A stretch of DNA of 34,548 bases, from NCBI GenBank assembly GCA_040514195.1, contig JBEVDC010000141.1, positions 1 to 34,548 of the forward strand, given 5' to 3'. Below, piece after piece: positions 25,601 through 31,300 of the stretch. The DNA comes from Candidatus Limnocylindrales bacterium (GTDB lineage Bacteria > Chloroflexota > Limnocylindria > Limnocylindrales > CSP1-4). Under the pieces are notes generated by a model that worked only from the letters and a program-made list of their open reading frames with translations, ran no database searches and was not told the origin of the DNA. Each line of letters opens with the position of its first letter. Position 1 is the stretch's first letter. The translations under genes and the position numbers were made by a program.

Positions 25601-25608
25601 AGTATAGT
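25601..25608. promoter_or_regulatory. Overlapping back-to-back -10-like hexamers between divergent glycosyltransferase genes
   Basis: The plus strand has TATAGT (25603-25608), 7 nt before ATG 25616. The minus strand has TATACT (complement of 25601-25606), 6 nt before GTG 25594. Neither start has an SD, which suggests leaderless transcripts. Pattern-based only. Confidence 0.3.
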
Positions 25609-25615
25609 CGGGGCC

Positions 25616-26854
25616 ATGGCCGCTGCCCCCGCCCTGGCGGAGCCGCCGGAGAGGCCCGTCATGGGCCGGGCCGCGTGGCCCGTGATGGCCACCTTCGCGC
25701 TCCTGGCCGGCGGCTCGGCGCTGCTGTACTGGTGGACGGGTCCCAAGCCGGTCGGGCTCGACGCCTTCGTGCCACTGGCCGATGCGTTCCTTCACGGCCG
25801 CCTCCACGTGCTCGAGCCGATGCCCTGGATCGAGCACGTCGATCGCGCCGCTGGCGGTTGGTACGTGCCTTATCCCCCGATGCCGGCCATCTCGGTCCTG
25901 CCCTTCGTGGCCGTCTTCGGGGCCGGTTTCGATCAGGGCTACGCGGCGGCCCTGATGGGCGGACTGAGCGTCGGCATGCTGTGGCTGATCCTCGGCCGGC
26001 TCGGGGTGGCGCCGCTGCCACGCCGCTCGCTGGTCGCTGCCTTCGCCGTGGGCAGCGCGCTGTGGTGGGCGGCCGGCATGGGCACGTCCTGGCTCTTCGC
26101 GGGCGTCAACGGCGTCTTCTGGTCCTTGCTGGCGCTGAGGCTGGCGCTCGACCGGCGCTGGCCGGTGGTGGCGGGGCTGTGTCTTGGGTTCGCGGCGGCC
26201 TCGCGGCTGCCGATCGGGCTGACGTTACCCCTCTACCTGGCGCTCTACGCCGGTGTCGAGGTCCGGCCGCGGCTGGCTCTTCCCGATCGGCACAAGATCC
26301 TGGCCGCCGGCCTCGTGCTGGTCGGCGTGGCGATCCCGGCCATCCTCGTCGCCCTCTACAACGTGGCCCGCTTCGGCAGCCCATTCGATTTCGGGTACGA
26401 GAAGATCCCGGGCGTGCTTCAGGAACCCTGGTACCGCGACGGGATCCTCTCACTGAGCTACATCCCGCGCCACGTTCACACGATGTTCCTGCGCGGCTTC
26501 GACTTCGCCGACGGCTTCCCATGGTTCCGGCCGAACTGGACGGGGCTGGCGCTGACCTTCACGACGCCCATCTACTTCTGGCTCATCAAGCTGCGCCGAC
26601 GAGAGACGTTCGTCGTCTTCGGCTGGATCGCGATCGTGCTCGCCTTGCTGCCCATCATCACCCACGGCAACGTCGGCGAGACGCAGTTCGGGTATCGCTT
26701 CAGCCTGGACGTGGCGCCCATCCTGTGGATCATGCTGGGCATGCTCTTCGCCAGGCGGATCTCGTTGCCAGCCAGGCTGGCCATCTTCGTCGGGATCCTC
26801 GTCCATGCCTACGGCATCTACGTCATCACGGTCCTCGACTTCGTCAGCTACTGA
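25616..26854 (+). CDS. GT-C-fold integral membrane glycosyltransferase (ArnT/PMT-like, family unassigned), paralog A
   Basis: Multi-TM protein with an early extracytoplasmic loop 'ADAFLHGRLHV...WYVPYPPMPAISVLPFVAVFG' and the C-terminal motif 'QFGYRFSLDVAP'. It is clearly paralogous to the next gene. ATG 25661 is an alternative start. Confidence 0.65.
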   Translation: MAAAPALAEPPERPVMGRAAWPVMATFALLAGGSALLYWWTGPKPVGLDAFVPLADAFLHGRLHVLEPMPWIEHVDRAAGGWYVPYPPMPAISVLPFVAVFGAGFDQGYAAALMGGLSVGMLWLILGRLGVAPLPRRSLVAAFAVGSALWWAAGMGTSWLFAGVNGVFWSLLALRLALDRRWPVVAGLCLGFAAASRLPIGLTLPLYLALYAGVEVRPRLALPDRHKILAAGLVLVGVAIPAILVALYNVARFGSPFDFGYEKIPGVLQEPWYRDGILSLSYIPRHVHTMFLRGFDFADGFPWFRPNWTGLALTFTTPIYFWLIKLRRRETFVVFGWIAIVLALLPIITHGNVGETQFGYRFSLDVAPILWIMLGMLFARRISLPARLAIFVGILVHAYGIYVITVLDFVSY

Positions 26855-26862
26855 CGCCCCCA

Positions 26863-28188
26863 CTACCAGCCCAGGACGATGCCCCAGTAGACGCCCCAGG
26901 CGTTGATGGCGATCGAGGCGATGATCAGGGTGACGGTCCACCATCGGACGCCATAGCGGGCCAGGCCGAGCGTCACCAGGAGCAGGCCGAAGGGCGCGGC
27001 GTCGTTGCTGAACCGGTAGCCGAATTGCACCCAGCCCTGGCTGAAGTGCATGACGTTCATGAGCATCACGGCGCCGATGGCCAGCACCGAGCCGAGGACG
27101 ATCCGGCGCCGCCAATCGCTGATGACGACGGGAACCGCCAGCAGCCAGGCCGGGCTGGTCAGGAACAGGCTCATGCCCAGCCGGTCCGGGCGGAGCAGAG
27201 GGCATGCCTGATCAAGGAGACCGAGTCCGCACTCCGGGCGGACCTCCGGCAGCCAGGCCGACATGATGAGCAGGTTCTGTGGGATGTAGCGGGGATCCTG
27301 GAGCGCCCATTCGCCGGGGTGATAGGTGATGCCCTGGAGGGCCGGAAAGAGCTGAGCCAGGAGGCCGCCCGGAACCGGTGTGTATTCGGTCTGGTAGAGG
27401 TGCTCATACCCCGGATGGAACAGCTGCCCGCTGGTGGCCAGGTTGTACGCCAGCAGGAGGAGTACCGCGATGGCCGCACCGATGCCAGCCGCGAGGCCGC
27501 GCCGAAGGACAGAACCGCCGCCCCCGACGAGCGCGAAGAAGGGGGCTGCGAGGACGGTGGTCAGACGAGCGGTGGCCGCCAGCCCGAGCAGCAGGCCTGC
27601 GACGACCTGGCGCCGGTCGATGGGGCTGCTCGAGGCCTCGGCAGTCGCCGACCGCCGATCCGCATCGAGAGCCGCCGTGATGGCCAGCAGCAGGCAGGTC
27701 GAAGCCACGACATGGGCGAAGTACCAGGTGCTGCCCAACATCCCTGCGTACCAGGCGACGGTGCCGAAGCCGTAGAAGATGGTGGCCAGGATGGCCACCA
27801 GCGGGTCCGTCGTCAGGCGCCAGACCATGCGGTACGCGAAGCCAAGGTTGAGCCCGCCGAGGACCGCCGCCACGAGGGCCGCGTCGGACGCCAGCCCGAA
27901 GGCCGCCACGACCGGCAGCAGCACGATGGCCGGCAGCGGCGGGAAGGGGATGAGGGCGCGGCCCTCGGCGATCGGGTAGAGGTCCTGGAAGTAGCCGTTC
28001 TGGAACTGGCCCTCGCTCACCGGCCACGGGATCCACGCCCGACCCTGCAGGAAGGCGTCGGCCTGCCAAACGAAGTGGTTGTACATGTTCTGGCGGGCGG
28101 GATTGCTGAAGACGTAGACGACCACGCCGAGGACGGCGAAGACGAGCATCAGCCAGCGTGGGTCGACAGTGGCGAGCAGGTGCCGCAT
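26863..28188 (-). CDS. GT-C-fold integral membrane glycosyltransferase, paralog B
   Basis: 'ADAFLQGRAWI...ALIPFPPLPAIVLLPVVAAFG' and 'QFGYRFSNDAAP' mirror paralog A. The start is chosen at ATG 28186-28188 (MRHLLATVDPRWLMLVFAVLG), just before TM1. ATG 28347 is an alternative. Confidence 0.65.
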   Translation of the reverse strand: MRHLLATVDPRWLMLVFAVLGVVVYVFSNPARQNMYNHFVWQADAFLQGRAWIPWPVSEGQFQNGYFQDLYPIAEGRALIPFPPLPAIVLLPVVAAFGLASDAALVAAVLGGLNLGFAYRMVWRLTTDPLVAILATIFYGFGTVAWYAGMLGSTWYFAHVVASTCLLLAITAALDADRRSATAEASSSPIDRRQVVAGLLLGLAATARLTTVLAAPFFALVGGGGSVLRRGLAAGIGAAIAVLLLLAYNLATSGQLFHPGYEHLYQTEYTPVPGGLLAQLFPALQGITYHPGEWALQDPRYIPQNLLIMSAWLPEVRPECGLGLLDQACPLLRPDRLGMSLFLTSPAWLLAVPVVISDWRRRIVLGSVLAIGAVMLMNVMHFSQGWVQFGYRFSNDAAPFGLLLVTLGLARYGVRWWTVTLIIASIAINAWGVYWGIVLGW

Positions 28189-28245
28189 GCGGGCGACGGG
28201 ACCGCGGCCGGATCGGTCGGCCGGCGAGGTGCCGGCGGGTGCCGT

Positions 28246-28254
28246 TGCTATACT
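28246..28254 (+). promoter_or_regulatory. Extended -10-like element (TGcTATACT) in the divergent spacer before the giant glycosyltransferase gene
   Basis: ttgctatact: TG at 28246-28247, one base, then TATACT at 28249-28254. This is one of very few AT-rich hexamers in the window. Pattern match only. Confidence 0.3.
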
Positions 28255-28385
28255 CCCCTCCACCTCGTCGCTCGTTCTTGGAGGCCGGTCGGCTGTTGAC
28301 GACGCCCGGGGCGGGTGCACCCGATCGGAGCCTCGGAGCGTCGGCACGCTCGGTCCCGGCGCCGACGGCCGTCCCGGCCCTGACC

Positions 28386-31300
28386 ATGCTGCTGCTGGCC
28401 GCGCTGGCCCTCCGCCTCATCATCGCATACGTCCTGTTGCCCAAGTCCGGCTTCGAGACCGACCTCGGGACGTTCACGGCCTGGGCCTTGCGCATGGTCG
28501 ACGTCGGCCCCGGCGGCTTCTACGCCGAGCCTGGCCTGTCCGACTACCCGCCGGCCTACATGTACGTGCTCTGGCTCCTCGGCAGCCTGGGCAAGATCCT
28601 CGGCGCCGCCAGCGGGACAGGGGTCGAGACGACCACGGCGCTGCTCAAGATCCCGCCGATCCTGGCCGATATCGCCTGTGGCTGGTTGCTTTACGTCCTG
28701 ACTTTGCGCTGGTTCGGCGACCGTCCCAGGGCGGCCACGCTGGCCATCGTGGCGGCATCGCTCTATCTCTTCAATCCGGTGACCTGGTACGACTCGGCGA
28801 TCTGGGGCCAGGTCGATGCCATCGGAGCGCTGCTCTCCCTGGCCACCGTTGCCCTGCTCATCGACGGCCACGCCGAGGCGGCGACGGCGATGGCCGTCGT
28901 AGCTGGCCTGGCCAAGCCGCAATACGGCGTCGTCCTGGTGCCCATTCTGGCCGTGGTGCTGTTGCGACGGCACCTCTTCCAGCCCGGAAGCGGACCGCGC
29001 GTGACCGCCGGCCCAGGTTGGTATCGGACGTGGTGCGACCGTGAGACCGGCGTCTGGCGGCTGATCTCCTCAGCGGCGGTCGGCGCCAGCCTGCTCTTCC
29101 TCATCACCGCGCCCTTCGGCATGGACCTCCCGCACCTCATCGTCCAGTACGGCAGGGCCGCGGCCACGTATCAGTATCTGACGGTCAACGCGTTGAACCC
29201 TTGGGCCCTGGTCGGCGTCGGCGACCAGCAGCCGATGGCAGAGGCCGGTTTCGGCCACTGGCCGCCCGACACGGTACCGCTGGTGGGGCCCGTGCCGGGT
29301 GTCGTCGTCGGGACGGCACTCCTGGCCGTCGGATTCCTGATCGGCTTGGCCCTCCTCGCTCGGCGCGGCGATCGCACCGCCATCCTCCTGGCGACCGCCT
29401 ACCTCTGCCTCGCCTTCTTCATCCTGCCCACACGAGTCCATGAGCGGTATCTCTTTCCCATCTTCGCCTTCCTGCCCTTGCTGGCCATCCTCGATCGACG
29501 GTACCTTGCGGCCACGCTCGTGCTCAGCGCCTCCACGTTCGTCGGCCTGCACGCGGTCTTGAGCACGCCGTTCTGGGCGACCCCGAACCTCGAAGACTTC
29601 TTCTACGGGCCCGCGTTCCGAAGCTACCCCGTCTACCTGGTCAGCATCGCCATGACCGGAGGTGTCTTCCTATTCCTGCTCTGGCGCGTGCTGCGGGCGA
29701 CGCTTGCACCCGAGGCCCCACTGGCCGGTGCCCCGTTGTTCGATGGCTCCGACGCACCCGCCCCCCGAGGGCCGCCCGTGGTCGACACGCCGCCGCGTGC
29801 AGCGGTCGCGCCCGGTGCAGCCGCCCTGGGGGCGGTGACCGACGCGCCCTGGCTCGAGGAGGTCCGTCCACGCCCGGCCCCGACCGAGCATCAAGCCGCT
29901 GCCCTCACGCGGGCCGCCGCTTCGGGCGCTGCTGTCGCCGGACGTGAGCGCACGACCCCTGCCGAGCCGCCGCTTGCTACCGACGAGGAGGCGTTCGATC
30001 CCGGCCCGGGCGTCATCGGTGGCCTGAGTGCCACGCTGCGCCGACAGCTCGGGACGCGGCTGCGCCGCCGTGACCGGAGCGCCGCGCTGGTCGCGGAGAA
30101 GCCTGGCCGTATCGACCGCCTGGATGTCGCGGTCGCGCTCCTCCTCCTCCTGGCCGCGTTGACCCTGCGGGGCTGGCGTGTCGAGGAGCCGTACGACATG
30201 TACTTCGACGAGGTCTACCACGCCCGCACGGCGACCGAGTTCCTGCAGCACTGGCAGTACGGCGAGCCGCCAAGGCGGATCTATGAGTACACGCATCCCC
30301 ACTTGGCCAAGTACATGATGGCGGTGGGCATCATGCTTTTCGGCAACGACGTCGTGAGCGCGACATCGGAGCTTGGCTTCGCGCCGCGCGATGCCGCCGT
30401 CGAGCAGCGCTGGGACGGTATCGGCACACGTTCCGGCCGGGCCGGCGACCGGATCTACGTGTCCGGCCCGGGCAGCGTGCGTGCCTACGATCTGGCCGGC
30501 CGCGATCTACTGGCCGAGATCACTCTCGGGGACGGCGCCGAGCCCGGTGCCCTCGTGATCGAGACGACCGACCATCGACTCCTCGTCGCCGACCTTGACG
30601 GGGGGCTGTGGGCGTTCGAGACGCAGGCGCTCGACGACGTCCGCGCGGGTGATGACCCCGCGACCATGGCGCCGCCCTACCGCCTCGGCGATCTTGGTGG
30701 CCCGGCCCGGGCGATGATCATCGACGAGGCCGGCCAAAGATTGACGGCGGTCACGGACGGTGATCGAGTCGTGGTCTTCGACCTGGTCGAGGGTTCGCCG
30801 GTGGTCGAGGCCGTCGTACCTGGCGCGGCTGACCTAGCGGCTACGACGGGTGGCCAGCGCCTCCAAGTGGACCTGACAGAGGTCACCGACCCGGGCGCGC
30901 TGGCCGACACCGTCGCGGAAGTCTTGGGCGACGACGCCGCAAGCATCAGGGCCATGCTCGTCGGTGCCCAGGGCGTGGTCACCGTGGCCGGGAGCCTCGA
31001 CGCCGACGAAGCCATCAACGTGCAGGAGGCTCTCGACGCCGGCGAGCTGCCCGGCGCCAGCATCGAGAGCGGCGACCTCGTCGCCGTGGCGGCCGCCAAC
31101 GGCCTCGTCCTGCTCGACGCGAACACGCTTGCGCAGGTGGACATGCACTCGTCCGACACCCCGGTCACGGCCGTCGTCCATGTCGAGGGTCCAGCCGAGC
31201 CGACCCTCTACGCCACGACCGGCGAACGGCTCATGCAGATCGAGGTCAAGAAGGGGCAACCGGCCAGCCCGCGCGACGACGTCTGGATGCCTGGCCCGGT

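Noticed and set aside
25426-28299. 957-aa plus-strand ORF across both GT-C paralogs
   Set aside because: It is out of frame with paralog A and antisense to paralog B. Its composition is Arg/Pro/Gly/Asp-rich with no TM helices or motifs. The alternative frames give clearly paralogous membrane proteins.
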